From assembly GCF_963921235.1 (NCBI RefSeq), contig NC_086097.1, positions 72,976,001-73,040,000 on the forward strand: DNA of 64,000 nucleotides. Reading direction: 5' to 3'. Shown here piece by piece: positions 26,948 to 40,008 of this stretch. The position numbers were made by a program, and so were the translations under genes. Each line of letters begins with the position of its first letter. The first letter of the stretch is position 1. The DNA is from Mobula hypostoma (taxonomy: Eukaryota). The notes beneath the pieces are model-generated. The model was not told the DNA's origin. It ran no database searches and saw nothing but the letters and a program-made list of their open reading frames with translations.

Positions 26948-28719
26948 GTTGTATTTGAGGACCTATTCAATCACTAGAGATGAAGTAAGGGTTAATTGTT
27001 GAATCCCTTCATCCTTCCAAAGGAAGAGGAGATGAATGGGGGGAGGGATAGATAACTGTGATTTGAAAAGTAAATCGGAATGGAGGGGATGGGTGTTTTT
27101 CTGGTGGCATTAAGTGCCAGAGAATGATCCATTGAATGTGAAATAGTGCTGTGCAAGGTGAAGAAGGATTTTGTATCAAATGTTTCACTGCGCTCTGCAT
27201 CTCCCTTTTTTTAAGATAGTGTGAATGGAACATTTTATTTATGAGAAATTTCTAGAAAGATGTCTTTTCAGAATATTATATATAAAAATGAAAAAGCTTT
27301 GACTTCAGCTTGCAACATGTGACGGTTCTGATAAAGATTTGCAACTAAACACTGCTATTTCTTTTTTATTTCAGGTATTGATCATTCTTTGCATTTCCCG
27401 TGTTTTATTTTCTCATTTTTGTAAAAAGAATTGTCAACCAAAGTCTGATAACAGTGAATAAATACCAAGAGAAATAATGTAGATTTATTATCTGAGTAAT
27501 CAAAATCTGGTGTGTGTATTTTACAAAATCAGGACAAGTATCACATCTATTAAAACTTTGAAGGCAATCCTAACATCATGCAGAATATAAATGTACAGCA
27601 ATGATATATAAAAAAGTAAGATATATCCAGGCTCAATATTTTGTGATTTATTATTAATTACCTGGTTTCTTTCTGATGCCTAACAAAGGGAGTGAAACTG
27701 GGGTTCCATCCTCATAATGGCCAATTCAAATTTCTGAGGTGTGATTTTGGTATAAGCAGGTAGACAAGCATAATGGAAAACATCTGTCAGCATATGTTGT
27801 GCATATAGGTTGAGGATGTTGTTAAAAAGGGATAACTACCCAAGTGATAGCTGGTCTAGTAGAGAAGTCAGACATTCTATGCACCTATACTTTGCTGCTG
27901 GGTTGCTTTTACATTGAACCATTGATTAGCCCTACGTAAGTCTTGATTGGTAATCTGATGTACCACATTGCCTCCTGCAGGGAACAGGACGTGCAGCAAG
28001 CTGACCAAGCAGCCCATTCCCATTGTCTGAGGAGCTGCATCAATAGGTGAGGATGACCTGGTATGAGGGGATTTATGGATTCTAGTTCTCCTTCAGACAT
28101 CTCTATTCATTAACAGATGCCTGCTAAGACTGACCCAGTTCGATCTTTGGAACTGTTTACTATTTACCTATGTGGCGCACTACATACACTTTGAATTATA
28201 TTTTATTAATTTATATCTGTTAATATTTTGTTTTATGTGCTGAGTGTAATATATGTTTTGTGGATGCACCATGGTCTGGAGGAATGTTGTTTCATTTGGT
28301 TGTATATATGTATAATCAGATGACAATAAACATAAATTTTGAACTTAAACTTGACCAGCATCAATAATGCGATGAATACCTCGTCCTATGTTCACTGAGC
28401 TTAGGCTGTGGGTTGTCCCTCTCTTACCTGCCCTATTGATAAGAGTAGGAACTCATGACCCAAAATGATCTGAAGCTATAAATTGTACTAATCCCATCAA
28501 CCAGCCTTCTAAACTGCTAACTATTGTTTCAGTGCATTGACCAATATTTGGCCTGTACTTTGAAATGATGGTGAAAGAAGGCTATCAAATACCTGGAAGC
28601 ATAGGGTCACTAATTACAGCTTCCTTGTCTCTGGAAAGAGCCTAATGGAAGTGAAAATGAAAAAGACTTGCAATGCATTACTGACAATGGGTCACAAGAA
28701 TCATTCACAGCATTCTTTG

Positions 28720-29030
28720 AGGAACACAAGAGATTCTGCAGATGCTAGAAATCCAGATCAACACAGACAAAAGCTGGAAGAACTCAGCAGTTCAGGCAGC
28801 AGCTGTGGCCATGATTCAATAGTCCACATTTTGTGGCCAAGACCCTTCATCAGGACATTCATTCATGAACTTGGCATCCAATGGGAGCACTGAGGCAACG
28901 TCCTTTTATGAGGAATCAAAACAGGACTGCAGCAGGGTCTTGACTCGAAACATCAACTATTGATTCATTTCCATAGATGAACTCTAACTTGCTGAGTTCC
29001 TCCAGCACTTTGTGTGTGTGTGTTGCTAGG
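28720..29030. mobile_element. Inverted pair of PLE terminal fragments
   Basis: Minus arm 28720-28857 ending GACCCTTCATCAGGAC; plus arm from ~28923 with GGGTCTTGACTCGAAACATCAAC...GCTGAGTTCCTCCAGCA. Confidence 0.75.
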
Positions 29031-29914
29031 AATAATTCTAGATCCAGACAAAATCTTCTGAAGATTTTGTGTTGCAATGTATTGTGAATTAGGGCACTCT
29101 CCCAATTCAATTGTAGCGCTCAGTGAACTCATTCACATTTGGTACTTCACCTTAAAGCATTTGCAAGTGCCCAGCTCCCAACACAACCTCCTGCAGTCTT
29201 GATCTTTGTTATATCGCATCACCTCACTTTGCAGGTTGTTTCTGAGACCCAGATCTTTCTTTACTGGTAACCTGAGTTAATTCCATGCCAATTTTGTTGC
29301 TTCCGAATGTGCCGTGCAGCTTTGACTGAATGCTGGCAGACAGGAGGAAGAATGAATACTTTCAATATTCTATGTAGGTTATCTCCCCAGTGGTGCTTTC
29401 ACACAGCATCAGTGCCATGAGCAAAGGAAGAATGTAACATTAGCACTCCCTGTCTGTAGGGGAACAATTGATGTCAGAACACATTGGTGTGTTACCTCTC
29501 ATGAGAGAAAAGGATTTTATGTTCTCCTTACCAGAAAACAGAATGATTATCTTCAGCTTTGTGGCTTCAGGCCATGTAGATTATGCTTGAGAATTGACAG
29601 CGAAGTATATTTCATCACAATGAAGAACTGCACTCTGGCTATTGGGATGAAGTTGTATCAGCAATAGAAAGGAGCGCTTAGCAGTCAGGGTAGCTCTAGG
29701 ATAACATAAGAGGTTGCAGCTAAGGTCAAGAAGAGGTTAAAATCTTTGTTGAGCATACTGAGGACCTCCTTCACTCCCTGAAAAAGTCACAAACCTTGTA
29801 GAACCAGCAGCTTCCACCTGTTTTAATTATGAATTCACCAGCCCCCAGAAGACTCGTACAGTTACAGATAACATATCAGACTCCCAAATACTGCACAAGA
29901 GTCCAAATATAAAT

Positions 29915-32055
29915 GACCGATGATCAAATGTATTTGCAATATACATTTACATGTATTAAGATGTACAGTATTACTGTATATGAATTTGCTGTGGTTGTGT
30001 TGCTCTGGGTGCAACATGAAGCATAAACACCAACATCCAACAATTATGAAGAGGAAGAATTATATAAAATATAAAATTAGATGTTTAAGTACAGATATGG
30101 ACTAAATAAATACATAAATACCTGCATGTATTTACATTGTAAACAACATTATAAAAAGTGGTTTAAAGTGTTTACAATGCAGTGCAGTGATGGGGGTACA
30201 GTAATAGATAGAAGTGGGTGCAGAGGGACTAACTAGGATGGTTGCTCAGATTAACTGCCTGGAGGAAGAAATGTTTAAGATGGTGTGATGTTTTTGCATT
30301 AATAGCCCTATGGAGTTTTACAGAATGGGGGCTTTTGTAAAAAGCAGTTTGCAGGGTGGGTAGTGTCAGCAATTATTTACCTGCCTGCCTCCTTGTCCTG
30401 GGCACATACTAGTCCTGCAGTGATGGTAGACTACAGCCAATGACCTTTTCTACTAACCTGACAGTTCGCTGTAGCTTTCTTTTTATATTGTGAGAGCACG
30501 CAGCACCAAACAAGATAGTAATGGCTGATGTGAGTGTGCTATCAATGATGACAGTGTAGAATTGTACCTTTATGTTCTGGGGAAGATGGAATTTTATCAA
30601 CTACCACAAGAAGTACATCATCTGCCGAGATCTCAGTTCTCCCACATGAAGACCTGTGAAATAATGATCCCGTGAAATAATGATCCCCAGGAACCTGAAT
30701 GATGAAACGGTGCTACCTGCAGAGCTGCTGATGGTGAGTGGGTGGAGAACAGACACATTGGTCTTGAAGTCGATACACATCTCCACAGTTTTGAAGGCAT
30801 TCAGCTCCAACTTGTTGTGATTGCACCAGGACACTAGTTTATTTACTTCCCAGTTGTACTTGGAGTTGTCACCTCTGGTGATTAGTTCAATGATAAAGGT
30901 ATCAGCTGTAAACTTTATCAGTTTAACTGAGGGATCAATGGTGACAGTCACTGGTATATAGAGAAAATGGGAGAGGATGGAACACACCCCTATAGCATAA
31001 CTAACAGAGTGAGATGTGGAGCTGTGATTGCCTAGGCTCACATACTGCCTCCTGTCAGACAGGAAATTTGGGATCCATCTGTAATTGGGACCTGGTATGT
31101 TAAGTTCAGAGAGTTTCTCTTGCAGAAGCTGAGAGATGATGGCATTGAAGGCTGAACTGAAATCAACAATGAAATCCTGACATACGTACAGGGGAGTCGA
31201 CGTGCTGTAGTATGAAGTCTTCACGATATTAACTGCATCACCTACAGGTCCATTAGCTCTGTAGATGTACTGCAGTGGATCTATAAAATTTTGAGTTGTG
31301 GATTTGAGAAATGACATGACTAGCCTTTCAAAAGTCTTCATTATGACTGATGTGAGTGTAACTGGGCTGTAGTCAGTGAGCCCAGTGATCTTTGATTTTT
31401 TTTGAGGACTGGAATAATATCAGATTTCTTGAACATGCCGGAACAGTGCACAGTTTTAAGAGACTGAAAATGTCTGTGAAGACTGTCTGCAGCTGATTAA
31501 CAGAGTGTTTAAGGATGGTAGGGGAGACAGAAACAGGGCCAAAAACCTTCTTGATATTTTGTTTCATGAACAGCTTTCTCACTTCCTCCTCTTTGACAAC
31601 AAAGGCTGTGGAACACTGGTGGCGGTCTGGCTGAATGTGCTGGAAAGGAGGTCTTTGAAGTGTCACCTGTGAGTCAAATCTGCAGTAGAACTCATTCAAC
31701 TGGTTTGGGGCAGGAGGTCATCGAGGTGGGAGGGGTAGCATCTTCAGTCATTGTGAAGGACTGAAGGCCCTTCCAGACTGAAGAGCAGTCATTTGCAGAA
31801 AACTAGTTTTACAGTTCAAAATGTTAGACTACATCCCTCGTCTTCATGACAGGATGCCAAAAAGCCCACTTGCACTACCTTGCTGGTTGGCATTTGTGCA
31901 CCATGTTAAAATGTTTCGTACAGAATTATTTTGCAGAGATTCTTTCGCAGTGCATCTCACATCAGGATCCATTGTCTTGTGTTTCCGTGAAACTTTAAGG
32001 TCAATTGACAGCCAATTTTCTATCATTCAGCCAATCAGAGTCCAGACTTGATTGT
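29915..32055 (-). mobile_element. Rex1/Babar LINE, RT region and 3' UTR
   Basis: ORF 30601-31341: MKTFERLV, DPLQY.YR, VDFSSAFN, WCNHNKLELN.KT.EM.IDF, FRFLG; upstream LNEFYCRF-like and GP..VSP..LK motifs. Confidence 0.9.
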
Positions 32056-32790
32056 AAGTCCTTTCCACATGCAAGGAACCAACTTAAATCCAAAAACACA
32101 TCATTTCATAAACCAGTGTGCAATTAACCATAAAAATTCGTCTGAAATGTCAACCCCCACCCCCCTCCCCAGGTATATTATGTCAATTTTGATATAAGTA
32201 AGCTAACCTTTACAAAGGATTTGAACTAGCTGGCGGGAGATTTGGCACAAGGTGGGAGTTTACACTGTTGGAGAAAAGTGCAGCAAGTATTAAGAATGAG
32301 TGTTCAGGGTTGTATGAACGAACAAATTTGCTACTGCGTGCTTTGAAGCAGTGTAAATCGGAGAGTTCTAGAAGTAGAAAAACAAGTTGTTTCCTTCATA
32401 GTGTTAAGATGTATCACAATGCTTTCCCCAACATATGTCCACTGAGCAGATAATACATTATGTCAGAGGGCACTGATATAGCCAGCAATGCGTTGCAATC
32501 TATTGCATTGTTTACTTGAGTTGATACTCTAGCATGGCTTTGTTCTGGAACAGTGGTAATAGTACTTGCAATTAATTTGGAAGTCAAGAATGAGGCACGA
32601 ACTTAGTGCTTATGGCTATTTGTAGGTGTTACAAGAATAATACCTTTATTCTTGTATATACTTCAAAGAAAGAAATATAACATGGTTGATATACTAAAAA
32701 CTAACTCAGACTAGAGAGATAACAAAACATTCTGGTGATAAAAAAATAAACTGTGAAATAATCATAGGCTGCAGAGAAACTTCTAGAAAA

Positions 32791-33082
32791 TTTTATTTAC
32801 TTATTTATTGAGATACAGCATGGAGAAGGCTCTTCCAGCCCTACCAGCCCTTCCAGCCGCATTGCCCATTAATCCCGATTTAATCTTGGCCCAATTACAG
32901 GACAATTTACAATGACTGATTAACCTACTGACAGTAGGTCTTTGGAATGTGGGAGGAAACTAGAGCACCCAGAGGAAACCATGTGGTCAAAGGGAGAAAG
33001 TACAAACACCTTACAGGCAGTGGCGGGAATTGAACCCGGGTTGCTAGTATGGTGAAGTACCACTAAGCTACCATGCTGCCCT
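32791..33082 (-). mobile_element. HE1-like V-SINE with tRNA-derived head
   Basis: GGGAATTGAACCCGGG (B box, reverse), GTGGGAGGAAAC V-domain, AT-rich tail. Confidence 0.85.
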
Positions 33083-34989
33083 AAACTATATCTATTCTGC
33101 GATTACTGAAAATTCACTGAACAATGACACACATGCAAGCATAGGAAAGTTAAACAAGAAAAGTAACAATTCCATTCTACACTCTAATCCGACAGTCTCT
33201 TTTTAACATGTTGCCTGATGAAAAATCTTAAATTTCATTCTCCAAGCTTTGATAAGTTCTTTCAGTGATTCAAAGTAAATGTAATGGCTATTAGCACTGG
33301 TAATCAAAATGATGCAAAATAATTTTATTGCTTGCACAGTGACAAACAGAAATTAGAGGGAACTTCAAGAATATAAAAAGAAAACTGAATACATGTTTCA
33401 AATTAAAGCCTGTTAGTAATTTCTTTCAGAATGTTTTCCTTGAACATGTCTTTGAGTCACGTTAAACAAAGCATACATGGATTACAATGATTTCCTTAAA
33501 AGGATCAACCACTTTCAAACAGCCTTATTCTCAGACACATTTGAGGAATAAATCACTATACTTGTCATGCCGCCTTTTGTTTATGTACCGTTGACAGTGA
33601 AGTCCGTTCTGCAAGCAAAATCTTGGTGTGACAAGAAGCCACTCTAACTGAATTTCACAGCGCCAAAGCTGCAATTTCACCTAAACCTTGGGCCAGGTAT
33701 TTTAAAAATACTGAGGCAAATTGTGGGTAAGAAATGATTCGTTTTCTTTTCCAGCTATGTTGTCAGTGTGCATGCCTGGATCCTCTGAATTGACAGGCTA
33801 ACATTCAATGCTATCTTTCTCCTGTTTGTCTGTGAGTATCTACAAGTTAAAGGCATTGTTTTACTAATAGGCAAGTTTGGGACTGTTTTTCTCTGAAATC
33901 TCCCCCAATTCCCTTCCCAAGCCATATCGTCCCAAAACATAATAAAAAGAAATTAGTTTATTTTGTGTCGTGACTGCAGTTGGTTTGATTTGTTTGCCGA
34001 GTAACCTGCTGTACGTGGGAGGAAAAAAATAGACGGATAAGGATCATAATTACTCATCAATATCCCAGAGATGAGCCACAGAACTTGTCAATCAAACACA
34101 ATCAATTTCATTGCAGACATCTGTAAAACAATAAAAAATATGCAGTGTAAACAGATTCAGCAATTCAATAAAGCACATCTTGGAAGGCAGGCAATTTTTT
34201 CACAGTAATTTGTTTCTACAAATGAAATTACTTCAATGGCAACAATACAATTTGTGAATTATTCTAAAAAGATTATTGAGTGATAAAATAGAAAGGTGCA
34301 GGTTTGAACAAAAAAGTACTGAAAATGCTTAAAAAATATATGAATTGAGATCTCTTTTCAATAGTTTAATGTACATTTATTTTGTCCAGAGAAAAGAAGC
34401 AGTAGGAAGCTGAAGGATTCATCATATTTTGCCAGTGCCTGAGCTATGTATTAGCATACTGATTCATCTCTTTGCTGGTCCAGCAGTCAGCTTGGCGCTC
34501 CCAGGAGGGTTGGCATCTATTCAGCATTCAAGAGAGAATTGATTCTGCTTGAATCCACAAAGTCACGTGTCTGACTATAATAAGCTTCTGTAACTAACAG
34601 CTGCTGGTGGCAGTATTGGGTGGAAACATTTAGTCTAACACAAAATACCTAGCCTGCACCAGCCTCCAAGTCTCTCTCTAGAGTTTTCAAAGATGCATTG
34701 AATATTAAAAATAATTTAACATTTCTAACACTTGATTTGGCTTTCCTCATGTTCTCTTTATAGTACTGTCTCTTCTTTTCCTCTCTTGCCTCTACTCAGC
34801 AGCACTGCACACCTACCCGGTCAAGCCACACCACCAGCTGTCTATCCTATTTAAGTTTCAATAACAGCTTGGGTAGAATGCGGACCTCTCCATGATGACT
34901 ATTGAATCTACACTACAATTGACTAGTCATGGACAAGGCCAGCTGTTCCCTTGCCCCATGTTCACTTTCACCTACAGATCTCCCATAGT

Positions 34990-35172
34990 GGTAAGATATA
35001 CACTTTCCAATCTCTTACTATGTCTTCTTTCAGTTAGTCCTGAGGAAGGGTCTCAGGCCAAAACCTCGACTGTACCTCTTCCCATAGATGCTGCCTGGCC
35101 TGCTGCGTTCCACCAGCATTTTGTGTATGTTGCTTGAATTTCCAGCATCTGTAGATTTCCTTGTGTTTGTGT
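34990..35172 (+). mobile_element. Penelope-like element terminal fragment
   Basis: AGTCCTGAGGAAGGGTCTCAGGCCAAAACCTCGACT and tail homologous to the reverse of 40460-40640. Confidence 0.8.
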
Positions 35173-35765
35173 TTTTATATACACAGTTGTTTAGTTTTCC
35201 ACATACTGCTCAATATGTTTCATTTTGCACTTAATACTCAATTTGACTGATACCATTCTACAAAATGCTCTATTACAAGAATATCAGGAGGGAGTCCGAA
35301 GTAAACATGAGCCAGCTTTGGAAATACTTTTCAAAACTCAAGGAGGAGATGTGGCATGACAAAATGCACTTGCAGTAGCCCCATGAGCAGAGATATCCAC
35401 AGGCTGGTATATTGATCAAGCCTCCTTTTCTGCTGTCCGCCCTTCTTCAACCGATGGACTTCACTCAAAATAGAACAAGTTTCTTTGTCCAGATTGCATT
35501 TGTATAAATTTGTTTTATTTTTTACCATTTTAATTTCTTAGGTCACTTACGAATAAGCCCCTATATCTGGCTTGTACCTTGGCTCAAAGATTAACCCATT
35601 CATGGAATATAATCCTACATACTTTTAATATATACAACGTATTCAGGAAAGGTATAGAAAATAAATGAGCAACACACACACAAAATGAAGGAAGAATTCA
35701 ACAGGACAGGCAGCATCAATGGAGGAAAACAAATTGTCAATGGTTTAGACTAAGACTCTTTAGAG

Positions 35766-35846
35766 CAGGGGCTCCCAAACTGGGGACCACGGACCCCTCA
35801 GTTAATGGTTAGGGTCCATGGCATAAAAAAGATTGGAAATCCCTTG
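35766..35846. mobile_element. 81-bp hAT-type MITE (copy 1)
   Basis: CAGGGGCTCCCAAAC...GATTGGAAATCCCTTG; left flank CTTTAGAG; inverted homologue of 36200-36280; right TSD not seen. Confidence 0.75.
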
Positions 35847-35911
35847 CCCCAAAATGTCGACTGTTTTTTCCTCTCATAGATGTTGCCTGACCTGCTAAAT
35901 TCCTCCAGCAT

Positions 35912-36140
35912 TTAGATTAGATTAGATTATGAGGACACTCAGTCCTCCTTTATTGTCATTTAGAAATGCATGCATTAAAAATGATACAATGTTCCTCCAG
36001 AATGATATCACAAGAAACACAGGACAAACCAAGACCAAAACTGACAAAACCACATAATTATAACATATAGTTACAACTGTGCAAAGCAATACTGTAATTT
36101 GATAAAGAGCAGACCATGGGGATGGTAAACAAAGTCTCAA
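35912..36140 (-). mobile_element. LINE 3' tail inserted in a PLE terminal fragment
   Basis: (TTAGA)3 tandem tail with TTTATTGTCATT nearby; PLE tail sequence on both sides (35847-35911 and 36142-36190). Confidence 0.6.
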
Positions 36141-36199
36141 AGTGTTTGGAGTGTTTTGCTCAAGATTTCCAGTATTGGCAGAATCTCTCATCTCTAGAC

Positions 36200-36280
36200 C
36201 ATGGGTTCCCAAACATTTTTTATGTCATGAATCCCTACTATTAACTGAGTGGTCCGTGGACCCCAGGTTAGGAACCCCTG
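36200..36280. mobile_element. 81-bp hAT (Charlie-type) MITE (copy 2)
   Basis: TIRs CATGGGTTCCCAAAC and GGTTAGGAACCCCTG; perfect 8-bp TSD CTCTAGAC at 36192-36199 and 36281-36288. Confidence 0.9.
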
Positions 36281-36289
36281 CTCTAGACA

Positions 36290-36815
36290 ATACATGGATG
36301 TCCCATTATAGGAGGCATTGGAGAGGGTGCAGGAGAGGTTTATCAGGACACTGTCTAGGTTAGAGGGCACATGCCATAAATTGATCAAACGGATTTTTTT
36401 TTGGAGCAATGGAGACTGAGGAGACACCTGAAAGAAGTTCATAAGATTTTGAAAAGCAAATTAAGAATATACAGCCAGTATCTTCTTCCCTGGGGTCAAA
36501 ACATCTCACACTAGAGGGCATGCATTTAAGGTGAGAGGTGTAAGTTCAAAGGAGACATGTGAGGCAAGCTGTTTACACAAAGTGTGGTGGGTGCCAGTGT
36601 GTACTACCAAGGGCATTAGTGCAGGCAAATACGATAGCAACATTTAAGAGGCTCTTAGATAGACACATGAATCTATAGATAATGGAAGACATGAACATTG
36701 TGTTGGCAGAAGGTATTAGTTTACTTAAACATTCCATTACTGTTTTAATTAGTTCAGTACAACTTTGTGGGATAAAGGTCCTGTTCCTGTACTGTACTGT
36801 TTTATGTTCTATATT
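36290..36815 (+). mobile_element. CR1 LINE 3' end
   Basis: ALERVQERFIR-like region; ACTAGAGGGCATGCATTTAAGGTGAGAGG; TGTTCTA tail. Confidence 0.8.
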
Positions 36816-36877
36816 CTAAAATGAAATATTAATAGAGTAACTCATTTTCCAATACACATTCTTTATCTTTACTACAT

Positions 36878-37540
36878 CAGGTGCGGCCTCCTCTACATCG
36901 GTGAAACCCAACGCAGATTGGGGGATCGCTTTGTCGAGCACTTCCACTCTGTCCGCCAAAACAGACAGGATCTCCCAGTAGCCACCCACTTCAACTCTGC
37001 TTCCCACTCCCATTCAGATATGTCCATACATGGCCTCCTCTACTGCCATGATGAGGCTAAACTCAGGTTGGAGGAGCAACACCTCATATACCGTCTGGGT
37101 AGTCTCCAGCACTTTGGTATGAACATAGAATTCTCCAACTTCCGGTAATTCCCTCCCCCTCCCTTCCCCTATCCCTATGTCACTCTGTCCCCTCCCCCAG
37201 CTGCCTATCACCTCCCTCATGGTTCCACCTCCTTCTACTACCCATTGTGTTTTCCCCTATTCCTTCTTCACCTTTCCTGCCTATCACCTCCCTGTTTCCC
37301 CTCCCCCACCCCTTTATCTTTCCCCTTACTGGTTTTTCACCTGGAACCTACCAGCCTTCTCTTTCCCACCCTCCCCCCACCTTCTTTATAGGGCCTCTGC
37401 CCCTTCCCTCTACAGTCCTGACGAAGGGTTCCGGCCCGAAACATCGACCGATCTTTTCCACGGATGCTGCCCGACCTGCTGAGTTCCTCCAGCGAGTTGT
37501 GAGTGTTGCTTTGACCCCAGAATCTGCAGATTATTTTGTG
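36878..37540 (+). mobile_element. 5'-truncated Penelope-like element (GIY-YIG C-terminus and terminal repeat)
   Basis: CGLLYIGETQRRLGDRFVEH...HFN...LEEQHLIYRLGSL..GMNIEFSNFR; hammerhead motif at 37414-37449. Confidence 0.92.
37414..37449 (+). ncRNA. Minimal hammerhead ribozyme motif with two substitutions
   Basis: AGTC-CTGACGA-A-GGG TTCCGG CCC-GAAA-CATC-GACC. Confidence 0.65.
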
Positions 37541-39375
37541 AAAAAAAATGATTATTGTGTTAGGCTTTCAAAGAAAAGAAAGGATCTTATAGCAGTGGAA
37601 AAGCTGTTCTGAGGCAATAAAATTGACCGCTAAATATATCGAGCATTTAATATAATAAAGTGTCCAAAAGATAATCCATGGGAGCATAATATGTAAAATT
37701 TTACACAGGGCAGTGTCAGAAAATGCTACAGGAATGGAAGTATCGAATGATCTTTATCAGAAGCTGAGGTCAAATCAAGTATGACAGCAAATTTGTGAAC
37801 ATTCGGTGTCAGATTCTGTATTAGCCAGTGCAAGAGATGGAGATAACAGTTAATGACTGGAATTTCTGGTGGAGATCGAAAAAAAAAATGAGTTCAAAAC
37901 TCCAAGTGTACTGAACAGTTAGAGGAAAATATTGTTCATCCAGTGCTGGTTATCAATCAAGACATCCAACAATTTAGGATCATTCAGAGCACCAAAGATG
38001 GTACACAGTGCTGTCAGTGTGTATGTGATACACAATGACTCCGAGAGGGAGCGTGTCAATGAAACATGGATGGAACATTGGGTACAGCTTTTGGTAGAGA
38101 AGCAATGTAGCTTTTGGTAGAGAACTAACTGTGTGGAGAAGAATGCAACCAGGTGGTCGTAGTCCCATCAGCAGAAAGATGGCAACAAAGCATTGAAAGA
38201 GAATAGCGTAGACGACCATTTCAGGCTATAGCCACATCAAGAAGGAGAAGTGATAGTTCACATAGTTAGACATGATGACAATTGTTATATTAATTGCTAT
38301 TTTGGATGGAAGTGTGATTGAAAGAATTGAAACATGGAGTTCTGAAAACAATAACACATATCTGAGAAGGCAGTCAAAGTCAGAATTTTTTATGATCTGC
38401 ATATCTGTTCCCGTTTACTGTTGAAATTTGTGTATTGTATCAGTAAATTTTTCAGTAATACAGAGGTGGAGGAGCAGAATCTCTTATGCTGCATTCTATT
38501 CATCTTATTCACTCAGTTTCCTGCTTGCCTTCCATTTCAATTCCATTATTTGCAACTGATTTACACTGCAGTATAACCGCAGTCATCTTAGTACGATATC
38601 TGGAGTTGCTAATTACAAAGGAGAATGTCAGTTTTCAAAGCTTAACAAAAATATTGTATTCTTTTGCAAATCACTTTGCCTGGCAATGATTTGGGATTTT
38701 ATCACTAACCAAAGCATCTCCAATCCAGTGTTTGATGTGTACTGCTTGAACTCCCTTAATATTTAAATTTTACCTCATTAATGAGAACTCTTATGTCTGC
38801 AAAATGCTATACATGACCAGGGCCCAGCCTTACAAATGAGTATGATATTGGGGAAGAGAATCAGTGCTGGCTTGAGACCAGTTGCTTTGGTATGTGAATT
38901 ATAAATGCAGCATCAGTAATAGTATGCCTTCATGCTTTTTGCACAATATTAATATGACCCTAAAATGTTTAAATTGAAATGGTTAGAAATGAGAATGTCA
39001 TACATGAACTATGCATATTTGCTACATTACAGTGTACTCAAATCAGGCTTGACAGTGTTAAATGAAAACTATAAAAAGAAAAAGGGTATACTGGATACAT
39101 TGACAGATCAGGAACAGCATATTGCTCTTTTCATGACCAAGTCTATTGCAGAAATTTTAATGTTTTTATCTCCATCAGATTTTCAAACATACAATTATTT
39201 TAACAGATATTAAGAAATCAGTAGCATTGTCTTGACACAAATTTTGAATAACTTTCTGTTGTCTGTTTATGTGTATTATTTTTATAACTTCCTTGTAATT
39301 TTAAAATAAAAGGACAGACATAGGACATTTTCTGCCTTGCCAGGCTCAAGACAGGCTGTCGTGTTACGTTAGTTT

Positions 39376-39395
39376 GTAGCACCCTCTTGTGGTGT
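39376..39395 (-). promoter_or_regulatory. Candidate CTCF site
   Basis: Minus strand ACACCACAAGAGGGTGCTAC is close to the consensus CCACNAGRGGGCGCTA and lies in unique sequence. Confidence 0.4.
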
Positions 39396-39769
39396 GGATG
39401 GAATTAACTCATGTATTACTGAACTGTAATAGTGGTTTTTTAATTGAAGAGCAAAAGTCTGCAATTGCTTGAAATTTAAAATATAAACAGAAATGATTAG
39501 AAAAACTTAGCACGTCGGTGGAAAGAGACTATTTTGTTTCATTTTGCACATATTTGAATTTTGGGAAAATGAAATCAGAAATAATGCAAACTTAGAATTC
39601 CATGGATTCAGCACGATGGAATTTAAAATAAAATTCTTAAAACAGAATGGACTAATTATATGAAAATGAATGTTGTGAATCATTTGCTGCTAGCAACATG
39701 AATCCTTGCACTCTAGTCTTTCTTTTTATTGATACTGCCTTTTTCTCCTTTGATAAACCACTTTTAACC

Positions 39770-40008
39770 CCACCATTGAGCACGTTTACATGGAGCATTG
39801 TCACAGGAAAGCAGCATCCATCATCAGGGTCGTCCACCACCTAGGTCATGCTCTGTTCTCACTGCTGCAATCAAGAAGAAGGTCCAATTGCCTCAGAACC
39901 CACAGCACCAGATTCAGGAACAGTTACTACCCCTCAGACATCAGAGTCTTGAACCAAAGGGGATAACTTCACATATGTACTTTGATAATAAGTTTACTTT
40001 GAACTTAA
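39770..40008 (+). mobile_element. Rex1-type LINE 3' end
   Basis: AAAGCAGCATCCATCATCA...CACCAGATTCAGGAACAGTTACTACCC...GTACTTTGATAATAA. Confidence 0.7.

Noticed and set aside
33000..33082. tRNA-like B box
   Set aside because: It is the head of a V-SINE and cannot form a full cloverleaf
35307..35420. MSQLWKYFSK...KCTC as a BED zinc-finger relic
   Set aside because: Needs a frameshift, Cys/His spacing is wrong, and no TIRs or further transposase sequence are visible
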